The notes under the pieces were generated by a model. The model was not told where the DNA came from. It did no database searches and was given only the letters and a program-made list of their open reading frames with translations. From NCBI RefSeq assembly GCF_004010195.1, contig NC_057754.1, positions 55,771-119,770 on the forward strand: a DNA stretch of 64,000 bases, in the 5' to 3' direction. Positions 1 to 13,099 of the stretch are shown here, in pieces. This DNA comes from Chiloscyllium plagiosum. Taxonomy: Eukaryota. Numbering within the stretch: position 1 is the stretch's first letter; every line of letters begins with the position of its first letter. A program made the position numbers and the translations under genes.

Positions 1-267
1 TCCCGACCTCTCCGCCCCCACCCCCGTCTGACCTATCACCCTCACCTTGACCTCTTTCCACCTATCACATTTCCGACGCCCCTCCCCCAAGTCCCTCCTC
101 CCTCCCTTTTATCTTAGCCTGCTGGACAAACGTTCCTCATTCCTGAAGAAGGGCTTATGCCCGAAACGTCGATTCTCCTGTTCCCTGGATGCTGCCTGAC
201 CTGCTGCGCTTTTCCAGCAACACATGTCCGGCTCTGATCTCCAGCATCTGCAGACCTCACTTTCTCC
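1..267 (+). mobile_element. Penelope-like element 3' terminus with hammerhead motif
   Basis: Similar to the terminus of the Penelope copy at 30560-30845. CTGAAGA-AGGGC-TTAT-GCCC-GAAACGTC at 143-170. Confidence 0.75.
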
Positions 268-546
268 ATTAACCAAAGTCCCACTTGTAATGTTCTCCAT
301 GAAGCATTGTATTCCATGCACGATGTCAGGAAGCTGATCATGGCATTGATCTCTGGCTCTGGAAGTCGCTGCCTCACATGGGCCTTGGAGGCCTTCACAG
401 CCAGCAAGAAAATGAGAGAGAACTTGGTTTTTTACCTGTTGATGATTCTGATTAGCAACTGAGCCAGATTCGCTCAAACAGGGAAACAGGTTCTGGGATC
501 TTTCTGTGTAGTGCACATTGCAACTAAAAGTAACTAGCAGGCTGGG

Positions 547-769
547 CAGAGTTAAAAATCACACAACACCAGGTTATAGTCCAACAGGTTTAATTGGAAG
601 CACTAGCTTTCAGAGCGTCATTACTTCATCAGGTGTCCTCCACAACCACCTGATGAAGGAGCGACGCTCCGAAAGCTAGTGCTTCCAATTAAACCTGTTG
701 GACTATAACCTGGTGTTGTGTGATTTTTAACTCTATACACCCCAGTCCAACACCAGCATCTCCAAATCA
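547..769. mobile_element. Small palindromic Penelope-derived insertion carrying hammerhead motifs
   Basis: Inverted arms about 548-635 and 647-734; 12-bp TSD TAGCAGGCTGGG (535-546, 770-781). Confidence 0.8.
650..678 (+). ncRNA. Minimal type-I hammerhead ribozyme motif
   Basis: CUGAUGA-A-GGAGC(GAC)GCUCC-GAAA-GC-UA, with stem I CAC/GUG flanks and a palindromic helix III (AGCU). Confidence 0.65.
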
Positions 770-1021
770 TAGCAGGCTGGGGTTATTTGTCTCGCGAACA
801 AGCTGGGGGAATGACCCTGAGCCAAAATCCTCCGAGAGCTGAGGCAGCCCTGATGGGCCAGTGGCTCCTTCCTGCACCATTCCAATTGTGTGTTTCAGAG
901 GGAGAGAGTATGATTTACTTTGCCCTATTTGTGGTTTGGTGGGTGCCAGGTGTTAAACACCATTCCCTGTGCTGACTGTGTGACTAAGCTGGGAGTCCAG
1001 TTTGTGCTTGCCCTGTTTAGC

Positions 1022-1725
1022 CAACTTGGAATGCAGGTTCATAGCTCCTTGAAAGTGGAGTCGCAGGTAGATAGGATAGTGAAGAAGGCATTTCCTTTTT
1101 TGGCCAGAGTATTGAGTACAGGAGTTGGGAGGTCATATTGCGGCTGTACAGTACATTGGTTAGGCCACTTTTGGAATATTGCTTGCAATTCTGGTCTCCT
1201 TCCTCTTGGAAAGATGTTGTGAAACTTGAAAGCATTCAAAAAAGATTTACAAGGATGTTGCCAGGGTTGGAGGATTTGAGCTACAGAGAATGGTTGAATA
1301 GGCTAGGGCTGTTTTCCCTGGAGCGTCGGAGGCTGAGGGGTTTATAAACCTTGTAGAGGTTTATAAAATCAAGAGGGGCATGGATAGGGTAAAAAGACAA
1401 AGTCTTTTCCTTAGGGTGGGGGAGTCCAGAATTAGAGGGCATAGGTTTAGGGTGAGAGGGGAAAGATGTAAAAGAGAACTAAGGGCCAACATTTTCACGC
1501 AGAGGGTGGTACGTGTTTGGAATGAGCTGCCAGAGGAAGCGGTGGAGGCTAATACAATTGCAACATTTAAAAGGCATCTGGATGGGTATATGATTAGGAA
1601 GGGTTTGGAGGGACATGGGCCGGGTGCTGGCAGGTGGGACTAGATTGGCTTGGGATATCTGGTCGGCATGGACGAGTTGGACCGAAGGTCAGTTTCTGTG
1701 CTGTACATCTCTATGACTCTATAAC
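1022..1725 (+). mobile_element. CR1 LINE 3' fragment (RT C-terminus and 3'UTR)
   Basis: LYSTLVRPLLEYCLQFWSP...RVWNELPEE peptides; tail ctatgactctataactc. Confidence 0.9.
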
Positions 1726-1874
1726 TCCTGATAGGGACAGAGTCTGAACGGGGAGGTTCCTCCTTAAGGTTGTACCCCTGTCACAGACACAACTTGTTAT
1801 TCCAAGTTTGTATTTTTGCAGCTAGAGGATCTTGTGTTTTGGAAATGTGTGCCTAGTATCAGAATGCAGCAACT

Positions 1875-2620
1875 TGTTTACTGTGATTAATGTCTCCAGT
1901 ATTTACTGTGATTGTTTACTGAGAGCCGTCCAGTTTTCACTGTGATCACTGTCTCCAGCGTTCACTGAGACTAGTGTCTCTGGTATTTACTGTTGATCAG
2001 TGTGTCAACTGTTTTGTGAAACCAGAAAAGGATGTACTGGCACGTGGAGGGATGCAGAGGTTGTTCACTAAGTTGATTTTGGACTTGAGAGGGTTGGTTA
2101 TGAGGAGAGATTGAGTAGATTGGGACTATATTCATTGGAATTTAGAAGAACTGGGGGGAGATCTTTTAGAAACATCCAAAATTACTAAGGGAATAGATAA
2201 GATAGAACCAGGGAGGTTGTTCCCACTGGCGGGTGAAACTAGACCTAGGGGGCACAGCCTCAAAATAAAGTGGAGCAGATTTAGGACTGAGTTGAGGAGG
2301 AACGTCTTCACCCAAAGGGTTGCGAATCTGGAATTCTCTGCACAGTGAAGCAGTTGAAGCTACTGCACTGAATGTTGGATTATGTTAAGAAGGCAGGTAA
2401 GTGGAGCTGAATCCATGAAGAGATCAGCCTGATTTTATTGAATAGCAGAGCAGGCTCGATATGGCATATGACCTACTCCTGCTCCTAATTCTTATGTCCT
2501 GTGTTTGCTGAGACCACAATGTCCAGTGTTTACTGGGATCAGTGTGTCCACTGTTCACTGAGACCAACGTCTCCAGTGTTTTCTCAGGACAATGTGTCCA
2601 GTGCCCAGATGCCAGTGTGA
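1875..2620. repeat. Degenerate ~25-bp tandem repeat (tgtctccagtgtttactgtgatcag) split by a CR1 fragment at ~2021-2498
   Basis: Units are visible at 1875-2020 and 2500-2620 on either side of CR1 sequence. Confidence 0.6.
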
Positions 2621-3351
2621 GACCTTTATTTGGTCCTGAATCACTCACTCAGCTGGAGCCTCCCAACAAATACAGAGATGTTGTCTATGACCATTACCCT
2701 TGGGGGGTAAGAGGGAAGCAGTGGAACCGATGAGGAGGGAAAGTACTGGTAGTGAAGGTGCTTGGGGGGAGAACTGGAATCTAGTAGAGTTTTCTTACTG
2801 CCACAGAGGTCTCCGTGTGCCTAATCCCTAAGCTGCTTAGCCCCTGAGCTGCCTCCTGCGAGTGGCCAGCCCCCAAGCTGCTCCCACAAGTGCCCAGCCC
2901 CCTGCAAATGTTCAACCCGAGTTGCCCCCCCCACGGGTGCCCACCCCCTGAGCTGCCATCTGAGTGCCCATTCCCCTCCTCCCCCACCACACCTCTCAAA
3001 GGTGCCCAGTTTTCATTCTCTCCAACTGAGAAATCAGACACTTGGTAAACAGGCCCAGAATCTGATGTTTGAGCCAGGCCAGGACTCATCAGCAGATCTT
3101 AAGGCCACAGAAGCTGACAAACTGAAATAGAAACCATGTGTTTACAAGGCTGTGAGGTCACTGGGATCCTGCTCAATGTCAAGTCATAACACATCACTCA
3201 GCCTCACTGGCCCCTGTGTTTTTATATCTTCCATGGATCCAAATAGCCCCCATTATTCCACCTCTCTGTTCCTATTTTCATTATTCCCACTGCTATCTAC
3301 ACATATTCTATATGTGGTTATATATCTCTATAAGTGTCTATATAGATATGG

Positions 3352-3577
3352 TTAAAATCACACAACACCAGGTTATAGTCCAACAGGTTTATTTGGAGGC
3401 ACCAGCTTTCGAAGCACTGTTTCTTCCTCAGGTGGTTGTGGAGCAGAATCATGCAACCACAGAATTTGCAGTAACTTCGAAATCTAGTGCCTCCAAATAA
3501 ACTTGTTGGACTGTAACCTGGTGTTGTGTGATTTTTAACTTTGCCCACCCCAGCCCAACACCGGCACCTCCAAATTA
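3352..3577. mobile_element. Palindromic Penelope-derived insertion (same family as 547-769)
   Basis: Inverted arms; 13-bp TSD TATATAGATATGG (3339-3351, 3578-3590). Confidence 0.8.
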
Positions 3578-3793
3578 TATATAGATATGGCTCTATATCT
3601 ATCCTGAATATGGATATACAGAGCTACCTCAGTCCCAATCTCCACACTGCAGCCTCACAACTCTCTGACTTCATGTTAACCCACCTCTACTCCAAATCCT
3701 TTCCATGTTCAACTTGTTCTGATGATCTGACATTCTGTGCTTGCTCAGCTGTTCTCCCTGACTCATCCTTGCCCCGTTTCAAACCTGGATTGG

Positions 3794-4297
3794 TTTATAA
3801 AGCTCTGGTTAGGCCCCATTTGGAGTACTGTGTCCAGTTTTGGTCCCCACACCTCAGGAAGGACATACTGGCACTGGAGCGTGTCCAGCGGAGATTCACA
3901 CGGATGATCCCTGGAATGGTAGGTCTAACATATGAGGAACAGCTGAGGATCCTGGGATTGTATTCATTGGAGTTTAGAAGATTAAGGGGAGATCTAATAG
4001 AAACTTACAAGATAATACATGGCTTGGAGAGGATGGACGCTAGGAAATGCGGAGACATTTCTTCAGCCAGAGAGTGATGGGCCTGTGGAATTCATTGCCA
4101 CAGAGCGCAGTGGAGGCCGGGATGCTAAATGTCTTCAAGGCAGAGATTGATAAATTCTTGATGTCACAAGGAATTAAGGGCTACGGGGAGAATGAGGGTA
4201 AGTGGAGTTGAAATGCCTATCAGCCATGATTGAATGGCGGAGTGGACTCGATGGGCCGAATGGCCTTACTTCCGCTCCTATGTCTTATGATCTTATG
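3794..4297 (+). mobile_element. CR1 LINE 3' fragment
   Basis: [19 protein letters not shown]...RRLRGDLIETYKI; tail tcttatgatcttatg. Confidence 0.9.
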
Positions 4298-5049
4298 GTA
4301 AGAACTGCACAGGTGAGTGTGACTATCTGTAATACTGTCCCCCCAGTCAGGTTACAGGCATTTTCTCACAGGATCTGTGAAAGGGGTCATAAATTTGATT
4401 TTTGCTGGGTTAAAATATTGAAGGTTGTGCAACTGAAGAGGATAAACATTTGTTTCAAAAACAGAATACTGTGGCACTGGAAAATTCAACTTTCAAAATG
4501 AACATTGGAAAAATTCAGCAGGTCAGACAACCTCTGTGACTAGAGATACAGAAGTGAATATCTCAGATTAGTTTGACCATAACAACTTTGTGTGACAGAA
4601 ACCTGGTGTATTCCCTCTGTTTCTCTCCATCTCCATAGACACTGCCTGACTTTCCAGCGTTTTCTGTTTTTATTTCCAATACTAACCTTTTATCGGATGC
4701 TGTATAAAATGGCAATTAAACACTTCAGTGCTGTGAGATTGATTTGAGTGTCACAAGGCTGGGGATGTTCTGAAGATGAAAAAACTCAGCATTGATGCAA
4801 TAAACATGTTGTATCATGTTTACAAAGTGAAATTAGATCTGAAACTTCCAGCACCTGCCAGAAATAGCTCCAAGGTTCCAAGGAAACTGTTGTCCAAGGT
4901 ATAATCAACTTTCAGCTGTTTTTGTTAGTTCAAGAAATGGGCAAGTACACAGGCAGAGAGATAGAAAGGGTGCAGAAAGGGACAGGCACGCAGAGAGAGT
5001 GGGACACAGGCAGAGAGGGACAGAGTGCGACAGAGAGATAGAGAGGAAC

Positions 5050-5358
5050 AGTCATAGAGATGCACAATATGAAAACAAACCCTTCGATCCAACTTGTCTA
5101 TGCTGATCAGATATCCTAAACTAATCTAGTCTTATTTGCCAGCACTTGGCCCATATCCCGCAAAACCCTTCCTATTTTATATCCATCCAGATGCCTTTTA
5201 AATGCTGTAAATGTATCTGCCTCCACCACTTCCTCTGGCAGTTCATTCCATACACGCATGAAAAGGTTGCCCCTTAGTTCTGTTTTAAGTCTTTCCCCTC
5301 CCACCCTAAACTTATACCCTGTAGTTCTGGACTCCCCACCCTAGGAAAAAGACCTTGA
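5050..5358 (-). mobile_element. CR1 LINE 3' end
   Basis: Reverse complement of the 3' end seen at 1400-1725. Confidence 0.85.
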
Positions 5359-8164
5359 CAGTCACACAGAGAGAATGAGAGTGGTCCCACAGACAGAGGG
5401 AGAGTGGGACAGAGAGATAGAAAGGGTGCAAAAGGGACAGGCAGATAAAGAGGAAGAGAGTGCTGGACAGAAAGATGGGAAGAGAACAGTGTAAGAAAAA
5501 TACAGACATATAGAAATTAAAACTCACACAACTTTGACCATCCCAGTCGAATACCGACCCCTCAACATTATAGAAATTAATACAGAGACAAAGAGATAAG
5601 ACAGTAACACAGAGACAGATGGTCAGAGATTAAGAGGTGGTCAGACAGAGAAAGAGAGATTGAGAGAGACAGATGGGGAGTGGGGAGAGAGATAAAAAGA
5701 GAAAGGCAGAGCTGGAGAAAGCAAGAACGTAGGAACAGGTTTTGGCTATTCAGCCTAGGAAGCCAGTTCTGCCATTTACTGAGATCATGGTTGGTCTGTG
5801 GGCCAACTCCATATACCCAGCTTTGGGCCATTTCCCTTCATACTTTTGCTTGACAAAAAAAAACTATCTAGCTCAGATTTAAAATTACCACCTTTCTGGG
5901 GAAAGTGTAGATTTAGGTAGAAGCTGAACATTATATTGAGATTGATCAATAAAATGAAACTGGCAGAACAATCTCAAAAAAAACCAAAAGATCTGAGGAT
6001 GCTGGAAACGGGAAATTGCTGGGAAAACACAACAGGTCTGGCAACATCTGTGGAGAGAAAGCAGAGTTAACGTTTCAGGTCCAGTGACCCTTGTTCAGTT
6101 CCGTTCAATTTTCCACAGATGCTGTCAGACCAGCTGAAATTTTCCAGCAATTTCTGTTTATGCGCATGATCTCAATGCTGAGAAATGGGAGGTTACTTTG
6201 GACCAAAAGGGATAATGCGAAGCAGTGAAAATCTTGGAACATTGTAGATGTAAAATAGATCAATAACATGTCTGAGGAGGTCCAGAAAAGAACTCATACC
6301 TCGTTAATGCTGGCGGTTTTATGTTTAGGACTAGAATACAGAGGGGTTAGATGTCACAGTTCAGTTGTACAAAGCCCTGGTTAAACCACAGCTGGGAGCA
6401 GTTCTGGGCACTTGACCTCAGGAAGGAGGGAGTGATCTTGAAGGGACTGCAGCAGAGGTTTACCAGAATGATCCACAGACCAAGGGTTACGCTAAGAGGA
6501 AATATTCAACAAACTCGGAGTTATATTACCTTCAATTTGAGAAGGCTAAGAGGTGATTCGATCCAGGTTTTAAAAGGGAAACTGAGAGGAACTGATTAGG
6601 GAGTGCAGAACAGTGGGGTGGTGGGTGGGAGGAATGTGTTTAAATTCAGGCCAGATATTTCAGGAGTAAAGGTGGACAATACTTACACGTACAGGGGTGT
6701 TCTGAGATTTCAAAGTCTCTTTCACAAAGTGTAATTGTTACTTATAAATCTGAAATCGAGAAGAGTTTTGTGTGAACCGATGGGGTTAAACGGGAAATGG
6801 AGCAAAGGTGGATATGTGGAGTTAGGTTACAGATCGTCTATCCTCTCAGTGAAGAGTCTTCTCCTGTTCCTCAACAGAGTGGCAGAGAGCAAGAAAAGGG
6901 GATTTTTAGCCTATATCTGTCTAGCTGTCTCCCTCTTTACCTCAATGAGCCTAATTTTAATTCTGTGCAAGTAGAGTTACAAACTTACCCACCTCGGTCT
7001 CTCTTCCCCCTTTAGCCTCAATCTTTGTATGTTCATCTCTCACAATCAATCAGTCTTCTCTCAATTGCTTTGTTTGTGTGACCACGTGATTATGTCTGAC
7101 TGTCTCTCACTGTCTCTTTTACTCACTATATCTCTGACTCTCTCATTGCTGTCTGCAACTCTGTCTTTCTCTGATCAATGGGGAACTCCTGCTTCGACCA
7201 GGTTTCTAGGGGTTGAGCTCTGTCACACTGAGTTAGCATTGAGGCATCTCGGCTCAGTGAATATTTGATCATCTGAGGCATGACAAAAGGCTCATTAATC
7301 CCCAGTGGGAACACAGCCACACTGCATGCACTGAAACAGTATTGGCACTGTGTGAGATTAGTGCTGGCAACCTCTGGCTATGAGGAGGGGGATGGGGAGA
7401 GGGAGAGAGCAAGCGAGGTACTCAGGGCGTTTGCAAACAATAAACAAACTGTAATGAATGTTCAGATCCCATCAGCGCAGATTGTCAATTTGAATTCAAT
7501 GCACATAAATCTTAAAGTAAAAATATTTCAGTAGAAGTGACTGTGAAACTATCTGATGGAAACACTTCACAAGTGTTCTTTCAGGACTAAAACCTGCCAG
7601 TCCTGCACTGTCCTCTCATCCCATACTGACTGAGCATTTACAGAGCTGTGCTATCCCAGTTCAACAAACGACTTTGGCAATAAATAAACCAGGCCTGAAT
7701 GAGAAGCGATGGGAGTACAAGGGAACCAAAGGTAACACAGGATTTATCAGGACTGTGAGTAATGCAGATTAAAATTGTGCAAGTCCAACGAAGCAAAAAG
7801 ATCGTAACAAATTCTGCTCCAACAAGACACTGGATGGGAGTGGCTGGAGAGATGCATGGGAGAAAACCCTGAAGTCATTTGTCAGCCATCCAAGTCAACT
7901 GTCCAACTGCAGGGTGCATCACAGGAGAATATGATCGTGTCTTTGCCTTTTGCATGCATCAAGAACAACAGCAGACCACACCCCCAGCAAAGACTGGGCA
8001 CTGAAGCCCGAATCTCCAGTGCCTGTATCATCCTTCCCCATACGAGCTAACAGCAGAACTTTCCCAATCCCCGAGTGTAAGATATGACTGAGTGGGGAGG
8101 AGGCTTCATCACTGAATAGGAAGCTTCTGGGTTCAAACCCCAGCCTGGTACTAACATTGGGAAA

Positions 8165-8740
8165 GCTGCACTGTCAGAGCGTTAGTGCCAAAGGAGCGCT
8201 GCACTGTCGGAGGGTCAGTGCTGAGGGAGTGCTGCACTATTGGAGGGTCAGTGTTATGAGAGCACTGCACTGTTGGAGGGTCAGCACTGAAGGAGTGCTG
8301 CACTGTTGAAGGATCAGTGCTGAGGGAGTGCTGCCCTGTTGGAGGGTCAGAGCTAAGGGAGTGCTGCACTGTTGGTTGGTCAGTGCTGAGGGAGTGCTGC
8401 ACTGTTGAAGGATCAGTGCTGAGGGAGTGCTGCCCTGTTGGAGGGTCAGAGCTAAGGGAGTGCTGCACTGTTGGTTGGTCAGTGCTGAGGGAGCGCTGCA
8501 CTATCGGAGGGTCAGTGCTGAGGGAGCGCTGCACTATTGGAGGGTCAGTGCTAAGGGAGCGCTGCACTTTTGGAGGGTTAGCACTGAGGGAGCCCTGCAT
8601 TGTCAGAGAGTCAGCGCCGAGGGGAAAACACCACATATCGGAGGGTCAACGCTGAAGGAGTGCCATACTGTTGGAAGGTCAGCGCTGAAGGAGCGACGCA
8701 CTGTTGGAGGGTCAGCGCTGAGTGAGTTTCACATGGTCAG
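8165..8740 (+). repeat. 33-bp minisatellite array (ggagggtcagtgctgagggagtgctgcactgtt), preceded by a tRNA-SINE-like head
   Basis: 11-aa periodic ORFs; B-box-like GGTTCAAACC at about 8130. Confidence 0.95.
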
Positions 8741-9689
8741 AGAGAGGATGACACTCTGAGGGACTGTGTTGAGGGCATGCTGTCTGGCAGACATAGAACA
8801 TTGAGATACTGGAGCAGTATTAGAGGGCCCATACCAAGGAGAGAGAGTGGGCTGCCTATAGGGGGCCACAGAGAGAAAGTGCTGCCCCCTCGGGGGTCAT
8901 AGGGAAGAGAGCTGCCACATCAGGGGCTCACAGAGAGCTGCCTCATCAGGGGGGCCAGACAGAAAGGGAGAGAGAGAGACTGCTGCCCCATCAAGAGGCC
9001 CCATCAGTTTTCATACAGCCAGAAACAGAGACCTTGTCCTCTCTCTTATATGTATGTTAATCATCAGCCATGTATGGAATGAAAATGAGGGGAGGTCTCG
9101 ATTTCTGGATCTAATGTTTATCTCTTCATCAAACACCAGAACAGATGGTCCCAGTGATGTTTGGAGAAATTTTCCAGCTCACTTCAGAATGTATTTTGAT
9201 GGTTGTGGAACCCTTTGGGGAGCCCTGAGATTGTAAAAGGTGGTATATAAATGCAAGTCTTCAGAAATGAAAATGTTGGCAAAGAGCAGGTGACCATGAT
9301 GCTGAGGAAACAGTTATTTGGACTTCTGTCCCTCACTGAACACTTATTGGTTAATTATTTTACAGTAATTGGAATTATTATAACCACCATAAGTGACCTT
9401 TAAGCACAAAGCAAGATGCTGCAATTTTATTTTGGGATATTAATCTTAATGATTACACTTCAAATTCAGTTGCAGCAAGGAATTTAAACTCAGTATTCAG
9501 TAAAAAAAAACTGAACTTTGTGCCCCTCGATCAAAAGAGGTATTACTAATCACAGAAACTTTTCAGGAGTGTTGTCTAACATTTAAGAACTGATATTCAT
9601 AGATCACTGGTCAAAGTTGATAAAACTTCAAGGTTTGTTTTTCTGGGGTATTAAGTGATCCGATTAATATGGTAGGCTGGTCCAGAAAA

Positions 9690-10735
9690 TTAAGTCACCT
9701 GGGATCCACAGTTGAGTTGCTAAGTTGGATGAAAAATTGGCTTGGTCATTGGAGACAGAGGTAGTTATGAATGGTGTTTTCTAGACTGGCAGTTTGTGAC
9801 CCGTGGTGTTCTGCAAAGATCATTACTGAGACCTCTGTTGTTTGTAATCAATATAAATTATTTGGATGAAAAGTAGGTGGTCTGATTAGTAAGTTTGTAG
9901 ACGACGCACAAATTGGTGGAATTACAGATAGTGAGGAAGGTTGTCAAAGGATACAGCAGGATATAGATCAGGGGTAAGTTGGGCAGAGAAATGGCAGATG
10001 GAGTTTAATCTGGCCAAGTGTTAAAAGTGAAGTATTTTGGGAGGTCAAATGCTCGAGGAAAGTATACAGTAAATAGGAGGACCCTTAGGAGCATTGATAT
10101 ACAGAGGGATCTTGGGGTGCAAGTGTATAAAGCTCCCTGAAATTGCCACACAAGTGGATAAAATACTAAAGAAGGCATACAGCATGCTCACCTTCATTGG
10201 TTGAGACATTGAGTATAAAACTATGTCTAGGCCACATTTGAAGTATTGTGCACAGTTCTGGTCACCACACTATAGGAAGGATGTGGAGGCTTCAGAGACA
10301 ATGCAAAAGTTTATCAGGATGTTTCCAGAATTAGAATGTATTAGCTATAAGGAGAAGTCGAATTGTTTTCGCTAGAGTGTCAGAGACTGAGGGGGTGATC
10401 TGATAGAAGTATATAAAAATGAAAGGGATGGATAGAGTGGATCGTTTTTCTCAGGGTGGTTTTGATTTAAGGTGAGAAGTAAGTTTAAAGGAGATGTGTG
10501 AGGTGTGTACTTTACATAAAGGTTGGTAGGTTCCTTGAAAGTACTGCCAGGCAAGATGATAAAAGCAGATATGATAGCAACTTTAAAATGTATTTAGATA
10601 AACACATGAATAGGTAAGGAATAGAGAGACACAGACCATGTGCAGCAGATGGGATTAGTTAAGAATGCCATCATGGTCGGCACAGACATGGTGGGCCGAC
10701 AGCCCTGTTCCTATCCTGTACTGTTCTTTGTTCTA
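9690..10735 (+). mobile_element. Degenerate CR1 LINE (RT region to 3' tail)
   Basis: Contains aagtttgtagacgac (KFADD-like) and a CR1 3'UTR ending gttctttgttct. Confidence 0.8.
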
Positions 10736-11359
10736 AATTAACTTTCAGACAAAGGAGCAGTGTTTTGAAAGCTAGTGATTTCAAGTAAACCTGGACTGTA
10801 ACCTGGTGTTGTGTGACTTCTGACTTTATCCAGCCCGATCCAACATCAGAATCTCCATACCTTGTTCTAAATGGTGGATGGTTTTGAAGGGCCTGAATGG
10901 CCTTATCTTTGCAATGGATGCGAAATCACTGAGGCCCACAGGGTGGCACAGCTGAGCATAGGGCCCCAACTGGCTCAATAACACCATCTACTGGTGCAGC
11001 ATATTCTTGCAGGTGTTCCACAGCATGGAAGTCACTCAGCCCATCTCCTTCCTATTCAGAGGGAGCAGTGATCTGAAAAAGGCCATTCAGTCCATCTAAT
11101 GTTGGAAAGACCACTTTTTTATCTTACTTAATTTTTGATTGTGGATTGAATTAGAAAAAGAATGGAAGGAATAATTCACAGAATCACAAATTGCTATAGC
11201 ACAAAAGGAGGCCATTCAGCCCATCGTGACTGAACTAGTTCCATTGCCTATAGCCAGTCTCCAGTCTTTTCCCCATATCTCCGTATACCAGAGAGACACC
11301 CTGCACAGAAACTGTTCCAGACACACACACACAATGCATTCAGACACCATGCCCAGATA

Positions 11360-11730
11360 CAGACATCCCATTAAGATGCTGCTGCACCCAGACACCCAAC
11401 AGGTCGCCCAGACGCTGCACCCATACAGACACGACATCCAACAGGTCGCCCAGACGCTGCACCCATACAGACACTACACCCAACAGGTCGCCCAGACGCT
11501 GCACCCATACAGACACGACACCCAACAGGTCGCCCAGATGCTGCACCCATACAGACACTACACCCAGACACCCAACAGGTCGCCCAGACGCTGCACCCAT
11601 ACAGACATGACACCCAACAGGTCGCCCAGACGCTGCACCCATACAGACACTACACCCAGACACCCAACAGGTCGCCCAGACGCTGCACCCATACAGACAC
11701 AACACCCAGACACCCTAGACAGATATCCCA
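11360..11730. repeat. 42/51-bp minisatellite (cacccaacaggtcgcccagacgctgcacccatacagacacga)
   Basis: About 7 near-identical units. Confidence 0.95.
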
Positions 11731-11769
11731 CACAGACAAAACAAATTCAGTGTACAGAGTTGAAAGCAT

Positions 11770-11775
11770 TTTAAT
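11770..11775 (-). terminator. Candidate polyadenylation signal (ATTAAA) of the PPM1-like gene
   Basis: ATTAAA on minus, upstream UGUA (11861-11864), downstream U/GU-rich tract TTTGTTTTGTCTGTGTG. A second ATTAAA lies at 12308-12313. Confidence 0.45.
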
Positions 11776-13099
11776 GTTCTGTTATAATATGTTAGTCTTA
11801 GAAATTGCTGTTTTCCTTGCTGAAGCCGTTTCTTCTCCCTATAAGGCCCCTCATCATAATTACAACAAAACAAAAGGCTAGCTTTTAACATTTCGACCTA
11901 AATGATGGAAGTACCAGGGCCCCATGCAAGATCTTCTATTCTCTCATCCCACAGGACATGGGGGCAGAGGGGTTGGGGGAAGGTGGAACCACTGAACCTG
12001 GGATAGAGTGGAGAGACCTCATGCTGATCCTTCCCACCACCCTGCTGAAACTGAGCAAGCAACCAGGGATAAAACTACAGGGAGATAAAGCTATGGAATT
12101 AAAAACACCCCCATTTCCTGCATGGAGATGGAAACTGAATTCGATCCAAGCAGTGTTTCAAGTGACCCATGTCAGCCAGTAATCTCCAATTCCCATCTCA
12201 CATTGATCGTCATACATAAAACCATCATGATTCAACGTCCAAAGATAATTTGTGTAAGTGAAGAGATCAGCAAACCCAAAGGCAGAATCAGTCACAGAGA
12301 CATGGAATTTAATCCCAAAGGGAACACTGCCTATCATGTAGAGTCTAGGATATAGTGACTCACAGGTCATTGTGACCGTCCAGAGACATTGACCATTGCA
12401 ATATAATGGCCATCCAGAGACATTGACTATCACAACATAGTGACTGTAACAACACAGTGACTGTCCAGAGACGCTGACCAGGCTAGATACACTGAGCCAA
12501 AACATTGTCCATTGATTCCACTGCTGACCACCTTCTATTCCTCACTGACCTCAGCAGCATGTCTGAGTGGATATTAACTCCTGTCATTCACATACACATT
12601 CTTAAAAAAATGTTGTCCCACGCACCACCAATACATTTTTTTTCAATCAGAAACTCCACAGTAGTGGAGCTGGCCCTTGGTCAGGCACAAGAGCTGATTC
12701 CTAATCAGACGACACCCTCTCAGTTATAGCAGGCGTATAGTGAGCCCAATGCTCTCTTGCACTTGAGTTTCTGGTCCACAACAGGAACTTCACTCGTTGC
12801 CCCCCCACCTCCCATTACTACCATTCTCCCAGACCCCTGACAAGGGGCAGTACCCACAGCTGAGATGAAGGCATCTCAACAAGACCAACTGTGGAGCTGA
12901 TACTGTCAGCTTCCAGCAGCAGCACAGATACACAGACACCAACGACTTAGAGCCATGCTCAATCTGGGATTGGTGGGGCTGGATTTAGTTTGCAGTGAGG
13001 GTTAAACTGGTTGAGGAAATGGAGCAGGAAAGTTCAGGTTACAACCAATAATAATGTGGCACTGACCATGGGAAGCCAGAACTTCAGCCCTACAGGCCC

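Noticed and set aside
3749..4312. Possible plus-strand exon (ctcag|...CAG|GTGAGT) disrupted by a CR1; 178-aa ORF
   Set aside because: The ORF is mostly CR1 RT; the remaining peptide is unrecognisable and no partner exons were found.
11226..11774. 182-aa ORF with QQVAQTLHPYRH repeats
   Set aside because: Translation of a 42-bp minisatellite; no splice or homology support.
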